A stretch of 64,000 bases of DNA from Thermoleophilia bacterium (GCA_040769125.1 JAXGLO010000001.1:1259053-1323052); one strand, 5' to 3'; numbered from the stretch's first letter, positions 9,012 to 18,310 are shown. Made by a program: numbers and translations. The notes: generated from the sequence alone by a model not told the origin.

Positions 9012-9578
9012 ATGGCTGAAGTAGTCTCCACCAATCAGTTCAAGACCGGTATGGCTATCAACATCGAGGGCCAACCGTTCACTATCGTCGACTTCCAGCA
9101 CGTCAAGCCCGGCAAGGGCGGCGCCTTCGTGCGCACCAAGGTGCGCAACATCGCCACCGGCGCGGTGCTCGACAAGACCTTCCGCGCCGGCGAGAAGTTC
9201 GACCGCGTCCACACCCAGTCCCGCAAGATGGCCTACCTGTACTCCACGGAGACCGAAGTCGTCCTCATGGACAACGAGACCTACGAGCAGGTCCCAGTCA
9301 CGCCGGCTATGGCCAGCGATGCTCTCAAGTGGGTCGTCGAGAACATGGAGGTGGACCTCCTTTATCTGGACGGCGAGCCGTTCGAGGTACAGGCGCCCAA
9401 CTTCGTTGAGCTCGTCATCACGAAGTCCGACCCCGGCGTCCGTGGCGATACGGCGCAGGGCGCCACGCGGCCGGCGACGCTCGAGTCGGGCGCCACTGTG
9501 CAGGTTCCTTTGTTCATTGAGGAGGGTGAGCGTGTGAAGGTCGACACGCGCACCGGAGAGTATCTCGGCCGCGCGTGA
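9012..9578 (+). CDS. efp: Elongation factor P
   Basis: 188 aa. 'FQHVKPGKGGAFVRTKVRN' KOW-like domain carrying the modifiable Lys/Arg loop. Confidence 0.95.
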   Translation: MAEVVSTNQFKTGMAINIEGQPFTIVDFQHVKPGKGGAFVRTKVRNIATGAVLDKTFRAGEKFDRVHTQSRKMAYLYSTETEVVLMDNETYEQVPVTPAMASDALKWVVENMEVDLLYLDGEPFEVQAPNFVELVITKSDPGVRGDTAQGATRPATLESGATVQVPLFIEEGERVKVDTRTGEYLGRA

Positions 9579-9600
9579 GCGCGTCTGGTCTGGAGCAGCG

Positions 9601-11448
9601 ATGCGAGCACGCCAGGTAAAGATCACCGATACTACCCTGCGCGACGGGCATCAGTCGCTGTGGGCGACACGTATGCGCACCTCCGAGATGCTGCCCATTC
9701 TCGAGGCGATGGACGAGATCGGCTTCCACTCCCTGGAGTGCTGGGGCGGCGCCACGTTCGACGCTGCGCTGCGCTTCCTCGACGAGGATCCATGGGAGCG
9801 CCTGCGCCTCATCAAGAAACACGTCACGCGCACGCCGCTGCAGATGCTCCTGCGCGGTCAGAATCTCGTCGGCTACCGCCACTACGACGACGAGATCGTG
9901 CGGCGCTTCGTCTACAGGGCCGCAGAGAACGGCATGGACATCTTCCGTGTGTTCGACGCGCTGAACGACGTCCGCAACTTCGAAACGGCCGCAGCGGCCA
10001 TCAAGGAGACCGGCAAGCACTTTCAGGGCGCTGTCGTCTATACCATCTCGCCGGTTCACTCCCTCGATCACTATGTCTCAGTGGCCCGCAAGCTGGTCGA
10101 TATGGGCGCCGACTCGATCTGCATCAAAGACATGGCGGCGCTCCTCTCTCCTTACTACGCCGTGCAGCTCGTCGAGCGGCTGAAGGCCGAGGTTGAAGTG
10201 CCGCTCCATCTGCACTGCCACTACATCGGCGGGCTCGCACCCATGACGTACCTCAAGGCCATCGAGGCTGGCGTCGACGTTATCGACACGGCCACGGTGC
10301 CGTTGGCCTTCGGCAACTCGCAGCCGGCGACGGAGATGGTGGTGACGGCGCTCATCGGCACGCCCTACGACACCGGCCTCGACCTCGACAAGCTCTTTGC
10401 GATTGCCAAGTACTTCGAGCAGGTCCGCCTCGACTCTCGCCATGACCGCGGCGTCACCTCTCTCACGCACATGCAGGTCTATTCGCATCAGGTGCCGGGT
10501 GGCATGATCAGCAACCTCGAGGGCCAGCTCAAGGAGCAGAACGCCCTCGACCGCCTGCCCGAGGCGCTCGAAGAGATTCCGGTGGTACGCTCCGAAGTCG
10601 GCTTCCCGCCGCTGGTGACGCCGATGTCGCAGATCGTCGGCACCCAGGCCGTGCTCAACGTGCTGTCTGGCCGCAGGTGGCACATCGTACCCGACGAGAT
10701 GAAGGCATATCTGCGCGGCATGTACGGCGCGGCGCCCGGCACGGTGTCGCCGGAGGTACTCGAGCGTGTCCTCGGCGACGAGAAGCCCATCGAGGGGCGC
10801 CCGGCCGACCATGTGCACGAGACACTTGATGACTGCCGCGACGAGATCGGCGACCTGGCGCGCGGCGAGGAGGATCTCCTCAGTTACGCGCTGTTCCCGA
10901 CGACGGCGCGCGCGTATCTCGAGAAGCACCACATCGGCCCCGAGAGCGACGTCTTCGGCACCGAGCTGTCGGCCGGCCTGTCGGCGCAGGCCGGCAGCGC
11001 GCTGGCAGAGTCATCCGAGGACCGGGTGCGCGACATCCTCGAGATGGTCGAGGAGAGCGACATCAGCGAGCTCATCATCGAGGAGGGCGACCTCAAGGTG
11101 ACGGTGCGCAAGGCCGAGGTCGCGTCCGTCGCGCCGGAGGCGCCGACGCAGGCGCCGCAGCCGACGCCGGAGCCTGCTGCCGCCCAGGCCACCGCCGTAG
11201 ACAACGGCTATCATCTGGTGCGCTCCAAGTGGGTCGCGACGTTCTACTCCGCGCCGGCGCCGCAGGCTCCGCCGTTCGTGCGCATCGGCGACAAGGTAGA
11301 GGCCGGCCAGACGCTCTGCATCCTCGAGATGATGAAGATGATGAACGAGCTCACCGCCGACGTCGCCGGCATCATCCGCGAGATCCTGGTCGAGAACGGG
11401 GAGACCGTCCAGTACGGTCAGGCTCTCTTTGCGATCGAGCCCTCCTGA
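9601..11448 (+). CDS. Biotin-dependent carboxyltransferase 5S subunit fused to a biotin carboxyl carrier domain (PycB / oxaloacetate decarboxylase alpha / transcarboxylase-5S-like)
   Basis: 615 aa. N-terminal 'ITDTTLRDGHQS' HMGL-like TIM barrel with 'LHLHCH' metal site. Ala/Pro/Thr linker. C-terminal biotinyl domain with 'EMMKMMN' (AMKM-type biotin-attachment Lys). No biotin carboxylase or membrane beta-subunit gene adjacent. Confidence 0.85.
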   Translation: MRARQVKITDTTLRDGHQSLWATRMRTSEMLPILEAMDEIGFHSLECWGGATFDAALRFLDEDPWERLRLIKKHVTRTPLQMLLRGQNLVGYRHYDDEIVRRFVYRAAENGMDIFRVFDALNDVRNFETAAAAIKETGKHFQGAVVYTISPVHSLDHYVSVARKLVDMGADSICIKDMAALLSPYYAVQLVERLKAEVEVPLHLHCHYIGGLAPMTYLKAIEAGVDVIDTATVPLAFGNSQPATEMVVTALIGTPYDTGLDLDKLFAIAKYFEQVRLDSRHDRGVTSLTHMQVYSHQVPGGMISNLEGQLKEQNALDRLPEALEEIPVVRSEVGFPPLVTPMSQIVGTQAVLNVLSGRRWHIVPDEMKAYLRGMYGAAPGTVSPEVLERVLGDEKPIEGRPADHVHETLDDCRDEIGDLARGEEDLLSYALFPTTARAYLEKHHIGPESDVFGTELSAGLSAQAGSALAESSEDRVRDILEMVEESDISELIIEEGDLKVTVRKAEVASVAPEAPTQAPQPTPEPAAAQATAVDNGYHLVRSKWVATFYSAPAPQAPPFVRIGDKVEAGQTLCILEMMKMMNELTADVAGIIREILVENGETVQYGQALFAIEPS

Positions 11449-11467
11449 TCGCGTGGCGTAACCCCAC

Positions 11468-11884
11468 GTGACCGCCGTAATCAGCCGCAAGCAGGCCCGC
11501 CGCGACGCGCTCTTCCTCCTGTATCAGCGCGAGGTGACCAGTCTCACCATGGAGCAGCTCGTCGAGGGCCAGCGTTTGCGCGAGGGCTATGGCCCCGACG
11601 ACTTCACCATCGCCGCCGTGCGCGGCGTCCTCGCTGGGCGCGAGGAGCTCGACGCAACGCTCGCGGCTCACTCCACGTCCTGGCCGCTGGAGCGTATCGC
11701 ACCGCTCGAGCGCAGCATCCTGCGTCTCGCGCTGTGGGAGATGACGACCGGCACCAGCCCTGTCGAAGTCGCAATCGACGAGGCCGTTCGTCTCGCCAAG
11801 CGCTACGCAACCGATGAGGCCGGCGCTTTCGTCAATGGTATCCTCGGGGCGATTCTGCGAGAGGGAGGCGAAGCTCGTGAATGA
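11468..11884 (+). CDS. nusB: Transcription antitermination factor NusB
   Basis: 138 aa. 'RRDALFLLYQRE', 'ILRLALWEM', 'AIDEAVRLAKRY' are characteristic of NusB. Confidence 0.9.
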   Translation: MTAVISRKQARRDALFLLYQREVTSLTMEQLVEGQRLREGYGPDDFTIAAVRGVLAGREELDATLAAHSTSWPLERIAPLERSILRLALWEMTTGTSPVEVAIDEAVRLAKRYATDEAGAFVNGILGAILREGGEARE

Positions 11885-12083
11885 GTCGGCCGCGGCCGCG
11901 ACACGCGAGGGCGACGAGGCGCTGGCCCGCGTCCAGGAGATTATCGCCCAGCTCGATGCGCTCGAGCCGAGGATCTCGGCGGCTTCATCAGGGGAGGTCC
12001 AGGTGACGCTGCTGGAGCGCGCGACCGATCTCGTCGACGAGGCGGGCCGGCTGCTCGAGACGCTGGCTCGCGGCGTGAGCTGA
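11877..12083 (+). CDS. xseB: Possible exodeoxyribonuclease VII small subunit
   Basis: 69 aa from GTG 11877, overlapping the nusB stop. 'ALARVQEIIAQLD' plus a downstream helical hairpin resembles XseB. Its position immediately upstream of the ispA-like gene matches the Firmicute xseA-xseB-ispA-dxs order. No xseA is adjacent. Confidence 0.45.
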   Translation: MNESAAAATREGDEALARVQEIIAQLDALEPRISAASSGEVQVTLLERATDLVDEAGRLLETLARGVS

Positions 12084-12093
12084 GGCCGGCACG

Positions 12094-12975
12094 GTGCACG
12101 ATGGAGGCGCCGCCGACGGCTATCCGGCCGACCTTCTGCGCCTCGCGGAGGGTTACCTCGAGTCCCTCGATTTCGGCGCCGACCCGCTTGTCTGGCCTCT
12201 CGTCGAGGCGATGCGCTACTCGCTGCTCGCCGGCGGCAAGCGCATCCGCCCGGTGCTCACGCTGGCCACGGCCCGCGGTCTGGGGCACGACCCTGCCCGT
12301 GTGCTGCCCGCTGCCGGGGCGCTCGAGCTGATCCACACGTACTCCCTGATCCACGATGACCTTCCGGCCATCGACGACGACAAGCTGCGGCGTGGCCGGC
12401 CAACGTGCCATGTGGCGTACGGGGAGGACATCGCCATTCTTGCGGGCGACGCGCTGTTCGCAGAGGCCTTTCGCCTGCTTCTGACCGATCAGGAAGCTTC
12501 GCCGGATGCCGCGCTGGCCGCGCTCCGCGAGATCGCTGTGGCGACGGGGGTGCAGGGAATGGTGGGCGGTCAGTTCATCGACGTCGCCGCGATCGCGAGC
12601 GGCGACGAGGATCTGCGGCTGCTGCACGCCCTCAAGACCGGGCGCCTGATCCAGGCGGCCGTCGTCTGTGGGGCCGTGCTTTGCGGCGTCCAGGATGTCG
12701 ACGCCCACCGCGCCTTCGCAGCGGAGGCCGGGCTGCTCTTCCAGATCGTCGACGACATTCTCGACGAGAGCGGCGCGGAGGAGGATCTGGGCAAGAGCAT
12801 TGGCAAGGACCGCGCCCAGCACAAGGTCACGTACGTGTCCCGCTTCGGCATGGACGGCGCCGAACGCCTGGCTGCAGCGGCCCACGCGCGAGCCCGGGAG
12901 CGGCTCGCGGCGCTGCCCGGGGATACGTCAGACCTCGCCGCGATCACCGACTATATTCATTCGCGCCGCCACTGA
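12094..12975 (+). CDS. ispA: Short-chain (E)-polyprenyl diphosphate synthase (farnesyl/geranylgeranyl-PP synthase)
   Basis: First aspartate-rich motif 'LIHDDLPAIDDD' and second 'FQIVDDILD'. Precedes dxs as in many Gram-positives. Confidence 0.85.
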   Translation: MHDGGAADGYPADLLRLAEGYLESLDFGADPLVWPLVEAMRYSLLAGGKRIRPVLTLATARGLGHDPARVLPAAGALELIHTYSLIHDDLPAIDDDKLRRGRPTCHVAYGEDIAILAGDALFAEAFRLLLTDQEASPDAALAALREIAVATGVQGMVGGQFIDVAAIASGDEDLRLLHALKTGRLIQAAVVCGAVLCGVQDVDAHRAFAAEAGLLFQIVDDILDESGAEEDLGKSIGKDRAQHKVTYVSRFGMDGAERLAAAAHARARERLAALPGDTSDLAAITDYIHSRRH

Positions 12976-13039
12976 CGCCCTCCCGGGCGAGCGGACGCGC
13001 GGCTTCCGCTTCAGCCGCTCAAGTTCGTCCATCTGACGC

Positions 13040-13080
13040 CCTCCCGAGGCGTGCCGCCGGGCGATGCTATACTCGGGGCA
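13040..13080 (+). promoter_or_regulatory. Candidate promoter for dxs, with TATACT -10 box at 13068-13073
   Basis: A strong -10 hexamer lies only ~10 nt upstream of the dxs ATG (13083), implying a leaderless or near-leaderless transcript. A 14-nt direct repeat 'ctgacgccctcccg' occurs at 12972 and 13034. Confidence 0.3.
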
Positions 13081-13082
13081 AT

Positions 13083-14957
13083 ATGGGGTATCTCGACAGC
13101 ATCACCGCCCCCAGCGACCTTCAGCATCTCTCCGAGCACGAACTGGCGCTTCTCGCGAAGGAGCTTCGCGAGGCGATACTGTCGTGCGTCAGCAAGGTCG
13201 GCGGCCACCTCGGCGCCTCGCTCGGCACCGTCGAGCTGACCGTCGCGCTGCACAGTGTCCTGCGGAGCCCACACGACAAGATCATCTGGGACGTGGGCCA
13301 TCAGTGCTACGCGCACAAGCTGCTCACGGGCCGCGGCGACCGCTTCGCAACGATTCGTCAGTACGGTGGCATCTCCGGCTTCCCGTCTCGCGCCGAGTCC
13401 GAGCACGACGTCATGGGCACGGGTCACGCGTCGACCTCGATCGGCTACGGCCTGGGCCTCGTCGAGGCCGGCAAGCTGGCCGGCAAGGGCGACGGGCAAG
13501 TCGTCTGCGTGCTCGGCGACGGAGCGCTCACCGGCGGCGTAGCGTATGAAGCGCTCAATCAGGCCGGACACCTGCGCGCTCCGCTGGTCGTCGTGCTCAA
13601 CGACAATGAGATGTCGATCCGCCCCAATGTGGGCGCGATGCAGCTGTATCTCAACCGCATTCGACTCGACCCGACGCTGACGCGCTTCCGCGAAGAGGTA
13701 GAGCGGGGGGTGGCTCGCATACCCGCCATCGGCCAGCAGGCGTATCGCCTCGGGCAGGACGTCAAGGACTCGGTCAAGGCCTTCCTGGTGCCGGGCATGC
13801 TGTTCGAGGAGCTGGGCTTCGCCTATATCGGGGTAGTCGACGGGCACGATATGCACGCCCTGCGCCGGAGTCTGCGCCAGGCAGTCGAGACGCAGCGACC
13901 GGTGGTGGTGCACGTCAAGACCGTCAAAGGCAAAGGCTATCGCCCAGCCGAGGCGCGGCCGGAGGTGTTTCACGGCACCGGGCCGTTCCATCTGAGCAAC
14001 GGCGCGAGCAAGACGGCGGTGGCAGGTACGAGCTTTACCGCCGCGTTCGGCGATGCGCTGGTGCGGCTCGCCGAAGACGACGATCGCATCGTTGCCGTCA
14101 CCGCAGCGATGACGCAGGGCACAGGTCTCGAGGAGTTCGAACGCCGCTTCCCGGAGCGCTTCTACGATGTCGGCATCGCCGAAGAGCACGCCGTCGTCTT
14201 CGCTGGAGGTCTCGCCATCGGCGGCATGCGACCGGTTGTCGCCGTGTATTCGACCTTCCTGCAGCGCGCCTTCGACATGCTCGTGCAGGACGTGGGGCTG
14301 CAGGAGCTGCCGATCGTGTTTGCCGTCGACCGGGCCGGGCTGGTCGGCGACGACGGCCCTACGCATCACGGCGTCTTCGATCTCTCGTATCTGCGCATCA
14401 TCCCGAACATGACCGTCATGGCCCCCAGCGACCAGGAGGAGCTGCAGCGCATGCTCGCCATGGCCGTCGCCATGGACCGGCCGGCTGCGATCCGCTATCC
14501 GCGCGGCCTGGCGACGCCCCTTGCTCTCTCGGGTGATCTCACGCCACTCGAGGTCGGCAGAGGGAGAGTGCTCGTCCACGGCAGCGAGGCGGCGCTGGTG
14601 GGTATCGGCTCCGGAGTGGGCATCGCCTGTGAGGCGGCAGGACTGCTCGAGCGCATGGGCGTCTCGCCGACGCTGGTCGACGCGCGTTTCGTCAAGCCTC
14701 TCGACGGGGAGCTGCTCGACAGCCTGGCCGAGAGCCATCGCCTTGTGGCGACGGTGGAGGAAAACGTCCTGGCCGGCGGCTTCGGCAGCGCCGTCCTCGA
14801 ACGCCTCGCTGGGCGTGTGCCGGTGCTGCGCTTCGGCCTCCCCGATACGTTCGTTCCACACGGCGACCGCACACTGCTGCTCGAAGATGTGGGGCTTACG
14901 CCGCAGGCTATCGCCACCGCCGTCACCACAGCGCTGGCGCCGGCGCACAGCCGGTAG
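13083..14957 (+). CDS. dxs: 1-deoxy-D-xylulose-5-phosphate synthase
   Basis: 'GGHLGASLG', 'DVGHQCYAHK' and the 'GDGALTGG' TPP-binding motif. ATG at 13083; the ORF track's 12405 extension overlaps ispA and I rejected it. Confidence 0.95.
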   Translation: MGYLDSITAPSDLQHLSEHELALLAKELREAILSCVSKVGGHLGASLGTVELTVALHSVLRSPHDKIIWDVGHQCYAHKLLTGRGDRFATIRQYGGISGFPSRAESEHDVMGTGHASTSIGYGLGLVEAGKLAGKGDGQVVCVLGDGALTGGVAYEALNQAGHLRAPLVVVLNDNEMSIRPNVGAMQLYLNRIRLDPTLTRFREEVERGVARIPAIGQQAYRLGQDVKDSVKAFLVPGMLFEELGFAYIGVVDGHDMHALRRSLRQAVETQRPVVVHVKTVKGKGYRPAEARPEVFHGTGPFHLSNGASKTAVAGTSFTAAFGDALVRLAEDDDRIVAVTAAMTQGTGLEEFERRFPERFYDVGIAEEHAVVFAGGLAIGGMRPVVAVYSTFLQRAFDMLVQDVGLQELPIVFAVDRAGLVGDDGPTHHGVFDLSYLRIIPNMTVMAPSDQEELQRMLAMAVAMDRPAAIRYPRGLATPLALSGDLTPLEVGRGRVLVHGSEAALVGIGSGVGIACEAAGLLERMGVSPTLVDARFVKPLDGELLDSLAESHRLVATVEENVLAGGFGSAVLERLAGRVPVLRFGLPDTFVPHGDRTLLLEDVGLTPQAIATAVTTALAPAHSR

Positions 14958-14961
14958 CGGC

Positions 14962-15768
14962 GTGGTGCGCGAGCGGCTCGACACGCTCCTCGTAGCACGA
15001 GGATCCTTCGCGACGCGCGCCCAGGCCCGGGCGGCTATTCTCGCCGGCGAAGTGCGTGTCGACGGTCGCCTTGTCGACAAGCCGGGCACATCAGTGCCCG
15101 GCGAAGCCGAGATCGACGTGGCGGAGCGGCCGCGCTACGTCTCGCGGGGCGGCGACAAACTCGACCACGCGATGGTCGCACTGGGTGTCGGCGTCGAAGG
15201 AGAGGATGTACTCGATCTCGGCAGCTCGACCGGCGGCTTCGTGGATCGTCTCCTGCAGGGGGGAGCGGCGCGCGTCGTGGCCGTCGACGTGGGCTACGGC
15301 CAGCTCGCATACACGTTGAGGCATGACCCTCGCGTCACGGTGATGGAGCGCACCAACGCCCGGCATCTGGGCGCTGATCGCCTACCCTTCCGCCCCTCCT
15401 TCGTCACCGCGGACCTCTCGTTCATCTCCCTGACGACCGTTCTGCAGGCCGTGCTAGAATCGCTGCGCCAGGGCTACCGCGGGCTTGTGCTCGTCAAGCC
15501 GCAGTTCGAGGCGGGCCGTGACCGTGTCCAGAGGGGCGGCGTCGTGCGCGACAGGGGCGTCCATCGCAAGGTGCTGGAGAGCGTGTGTTCGTGGCTGGCG
15601 GAGCACGGAGCCAGCATCCTGGGCGTCTGCGACTCCGGCCATCCCGGCCCCAAAGGCAACGTAGAGTACTTCGTCTACTTCGCCGACGCAGCGTCGCCGC
15701 TGTCGCCGCCGGCCGTCAACGCCGTGCTTGCCGTGGCTCGAGCTGTGGAGGGCGTCGCCGATGCCTGA
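14962..15768 (+). CDS. tlyA: rRNA 2'-O-methyltransferase TlyA (S4 domain + FtsJ-like MTase)
   Basis: GTG at 14962 right after the dxs stop. N-terminal S4 domain, then 'VLDLGSSTGGFVD' SAM motif and 'LVKPQFE'. tlyA-nadK-recN is a conserved actinobacterial/Firmicute trio. Confidence 0.9.
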   Translation: MVRERLDTLLVARGSFATRAQARAAILAGEVRVDGRLVDKPGTSVPGEAEIDVAERPRYVSRGGDKLDHAMVALGVGVEGEDVLDLGSSTGGFVDRLLQGGAARVVAVDVGYGQLAYTLRHDPRVTVMERTNARHLGADRLPFRPSFVTADLSFISLTTVLQAVLESLRQGYRGLVLVKPQFEAGRDRVQRGGVVRDRGVHRKVLESVCSWLAEHGASILGVCDSGHPGPKGNVEYFVYFADAASPLSPPAVNAVLAVARAVEGVADA

Positions 15769-16630
15769 ACCGCTGCGCCGGGTGAGCGTGATCACCGGGT
15801 ACGGCGGCGAGGGTGCGGCCTTCGCTCTGGCCGAGCTTGCCGCCGCCCGTGGCGCGCTCGGCGTCGAGCTGTTCATGCCGTCCTCAGAGGCGGCTCGGTA
15901 CGACACCGCCCAGCGTGAGGGCTACGACGTCATCGACGACGCCGATCTCGCATCCACCGATCTGTGTCTGGTCTTCGGCGGAGACGGCACGATTCTGCGG
16001 GCTCTGGGGCGCCTGCTGGACACCGGCGTACCGACCCTCGGCGTCAACTTCGGCAAGGTCGGTTTCCTCGCCTCGCTGCCGCGGAAGGGGTGGATTGGCG
16101 GGCTGGCGGCCATGATCGGCGGCGACTACCGCGTCGTCGACCTGCTCACCGTCGACGTCCAGGTCAACGGCCGGCAGGTTACCGCCGTCAACGACGTCAC
16201 CCTCAGCCGCGTTGCGCCACGTCACGTGCTGCAGCTTCAGTACGAGGTCGCAGGCGTCACTGCCGGCAGCATGTTCTGTGACGGTCTCATCGTGGCCTCT
16301 CCCACAGGCTCAAGCGCCTACAGCCTCTCCTGTGGCGGCCCAATCGTAGAGTGGGACGCGGGGGTTCTGCTCCTCAACTTCATCGCGCCGCACTCGCTCG
16401 GTTTTCGCCCGGTCATCCTGAGCCCCGAGCGCGTAATCATCGCCCGTAACCTCTCCTCGCGGCAGGAGGCGGAGGTCGTCGTCGACGGCGAGCCCGTGGG
16501 GCGCCTCGGCTGCGACGACGCCGTACGCATCGCGGCGGGGCCGCGGCAGGCGCGCCTGATGGTGCGAAGCGAGGGTTCGTTCTACCAGAACGTCGAGGAG
16601 AAGCTGTTCGACCGACGCGATGCTCGCTGA
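15761..16630 (+). CDS. nadK: NAD kinase
   Basis: 'GGDGTILRA' and 'NFGKVGFL' motifs. ATG 15761 overlaps the tlyA stop (the ORF track starts at TTG 15728). Confidence 0.9.
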   Translation: MPEPLRRVSVITGYGGEGAAFALAELAAARGALGVELFMPSSEAARYDTAQREGYDVIDDADLASTDLCLVFGGDGTILRALGRLLDTGVPTLGVNFGKVGFLASLPRKGWIGGLAAMIGGDYRVVDLLTVDVQVNGRQVTAVNDVTLSRVAPRHVLQLQYEVAGVTAGSMFCDGLIVASPTGSSAYSLSCGGPIVEWDAGVLLLNFIAPHSLGFRPVILSPERVIIARNLSSRQEAEVVVDGEPVGRLGCDDAVRIAAGPRQARLMVRSEGSFYQNVEEKLFDRRDAR

Positions 16631-18269
16631 GCTCGCCATCACCGATCTGGTCCTCATCGCCGAGGCGCGGCTCGCGTTCTCGCCGGGGCTCAACGTGATC
16701 ACGGGCGAGACGGGCGCCGGCAAGACGCTGCTCGCCCAGGCGATCGGTCTGCTCATGGGGCAGCGAGGCGGCGCCGATCTCGTACGCCCGGGGGCCGAGC
16801 GCGCCGTCGTTCAGGCTCTCTTCGAAGACGGCGACGACACGCTCGCAGTGGCGCGCGAGCTGCCCCGCGAGGGGCGCTCTCGCGCGCTCATGGACGGCCT
16901 GCTGAGCTCCGCTGCCGCAGTGGAGGACGCTCTCCGCGCCCGCCTGGCCTTCTACGGCCAGCTCGAGCACGCCAGGCTTCTGCAGCTCGAGCGCCAGCTC
17001 GACCTCCTCGACGGCGTCGCCGGGTCGGAGATCGGGCCGCTGCTCAACGAGTACGCTGAAGCGTACGCAGAGGCGATTCGTCTCACGCGCGAGCTGGAGG
17101 AGCTGCGCGGATCGACCGCGGAGCGCGCCCGCGAGATCGACATGGTGCGCTTCCAGGTCGACGAGATTCGAGCCGCGGACCTTCAGCCTGGGGAGGATGT
17201 GCGTCTGGCTCACGAGCGCGAACGTCTGCGCCACGCGGGCAAGCTGCTGGAACGCATCGGCGGAGCCGTTACGCTGCTGGGCGGAGAGGACGAGGACACG
17301 GCCATGGATGCACTGCGTATGGCGCAGCGGCTCGTCGCCGAGTCCGTCTCCCTCGATAAGTCCCTGGCTCCCGCGGCCGAGCGCCTGGGCGCGGTGGCCG
17401 CAGAGCTCGACGACGTATCCGCCGAGTTGAGGGCGTATCTGGAGGACTTCGACGTCGACCCCGCCCGTCGGGACGCCCTTGAACTCCGTCACGATCGCCT
17501 CCGGGCGCTCGCCCGCAAGTACGGCGATACCGTCGACGAGATGCTGGCGTTCATGGAGCGCGCCGTCTCGCGACTGGCCACGCTCGAAGCGTTCGAGGCC
17601 AACGAGGACGCCCTCCAGGCCAAGGTTGAGGCGGCCCAGGAGGCCGCGCTCGCCTGTGGGCGGGAGCTCAGCGCCGCCAGACACCGTCTGGCGGCGGATG
17701 TCGCGGCTCGCGTGCAGAATGAGCTGCATGGCCTGGCTATGCCGCACGCCTCGTTCGCCGTCAGCGTCTCCGCCCGCGGCGACGGCTGGCCGGCCCTCGG
17801 CCCGCGCGGCGCCGACGACGTCGTGTTCCTGTTCAGCGCCAACCCCGGCGTGCCCCTCAAGCCGCTGCGCGAGACGGCGTCGGGGGGCGAGCTCTCGCGG
17901 GCCATGCTGGCCATCCGCGGTATCGTGACCTTAAGCGACGACGTCGAGACCATCATCTTCGACGAGGTCGACACCGGCATTGGCGGAGTCACGGCGGCAA
18001 CCCTCGGCGAGCGCCTGGCGAGGCTCGCCGAGAGTCGCCAGGTGCTGTGCATCACACACCTGCCGCAGGTCGCCGCCTTCGCCGAGCGTCAGTTCGCCCT
18101 CGTCAAGGAGACTGATGCCGCTGCCGGCACGACCCTCACCGTCGTTCGCCGCGTGGACGGGGACGAACGCCTCGCCGAGCTCTGCCGTATGCTCGGCTCG
18201 AGCTACGAGGACGACGCTGCGCGCAGTCACGCGGAAAGCCTCCTGGGCCGCGCTGGCAAGGCGTCATAG
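16620..18269 (+). CDS. recN: DNA repair protein RecN
   Basis: 549 aa. N-terminal 'NVITGETGAGKT' Walker A, long coiled coil, C-terminal 'LSGGE' signature and Walker B 'IIFDEVDTGIGG'. Confidence 0.9.
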   Translation: MLAELAITDLVLIAEARLAFSPGLNVITGETGAGKTLLAQAIGLLMGQRGGADLVRPGAERAVVQALFEDGDDTLAVARELPREGRSRALMDGLLSSAAAVEDALRARLAFYGQLEHARLLQLERQLDLLDGVAGSEIGPLLNEYAEAYAEAIRLTRELEELRGSTAERAREIDMVRFQVDEIRAADLQPGEDVRLAHERERLRHAGKLLERIGGAVTLLGGEDEDTAMDALRMAQRLVAESVSLDKSLAPAAERLGAVAAELDDVSAELRAYLEDFDVDPARRDALELRHDRLRALARKYGDTVDEMLAFMERAVSRLATLEAFEANEDALQAKVEAAQEAALACGRELSAARHRLAADVAARVQNELHGLAMPHASFAVSVSARGDGWPALGPRGADDVVFLFSANPGVPLKPLRETASGGELSRAMLAIRGIVTLSDDVETIIFDEVDTGIGGVTAATLGERLARLAESRQVLCITHLPQVAAFAERQFALVKETDAAAGTTLTVVRRVDGDERLAELCRMLGSSYEDDAARSHAESLLGRAGKAS

Positions 18270-18279
18270 CCAGGCGCGA

Positions 18280-18310
18280 TCCGTTTTCTGGGCGTCGCCC
18301 GATGGTATAC
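18280..18310 (+). promoter_or_regulatory. Candidate pyrG promoter (-10 TATACT at 18305-18310), followed by a ~200-nt leader
   Basis: Seen in sequence: 'cgttttctgggcgtcgcccgatggtatact'. A 250-bp gap between recN and pyrG contains no ORF. Confidence 0.25.

Noticed and set aside
9601-11448. Calling this gene accA/accD or accB
   Set aside because: The N-terminal domain is the HMGL-like 5S carboxyltransferase ('TLRDGHQS', 'HLHCH'), not the crotonase-like ACC carboxyltransferase. The BCCP is fused, not stand-alone.
12405-13082. N-terminal 226 codons of the ORF-track dxs ORF (start 12405)
   Set aside because: It overlaps ispA in another frame. Dxs homology begins at the ATG at 13083 ('MGYLDSITAPSDLQHLS').
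14521-14961. Upstream extensions of tlyA (14521-14961), plus those of dxr (52881-53162), the epimerase (55520-55846), ispG (56227-56832), punA (22757-23377) and rsmD (25385-25540)
   Set aside because: Each extension overlaps the preceding gene out of frame. Homology starts at the internal start codon, which forms a tight junction or overlap with the upstream stop.
13011-15089. 692-aa minus-strand ORF opposite dxs/tlyA
   Set aside because: Antisense artefact of a high-GC gene; dxs motifs on the + strand are unambiguous.
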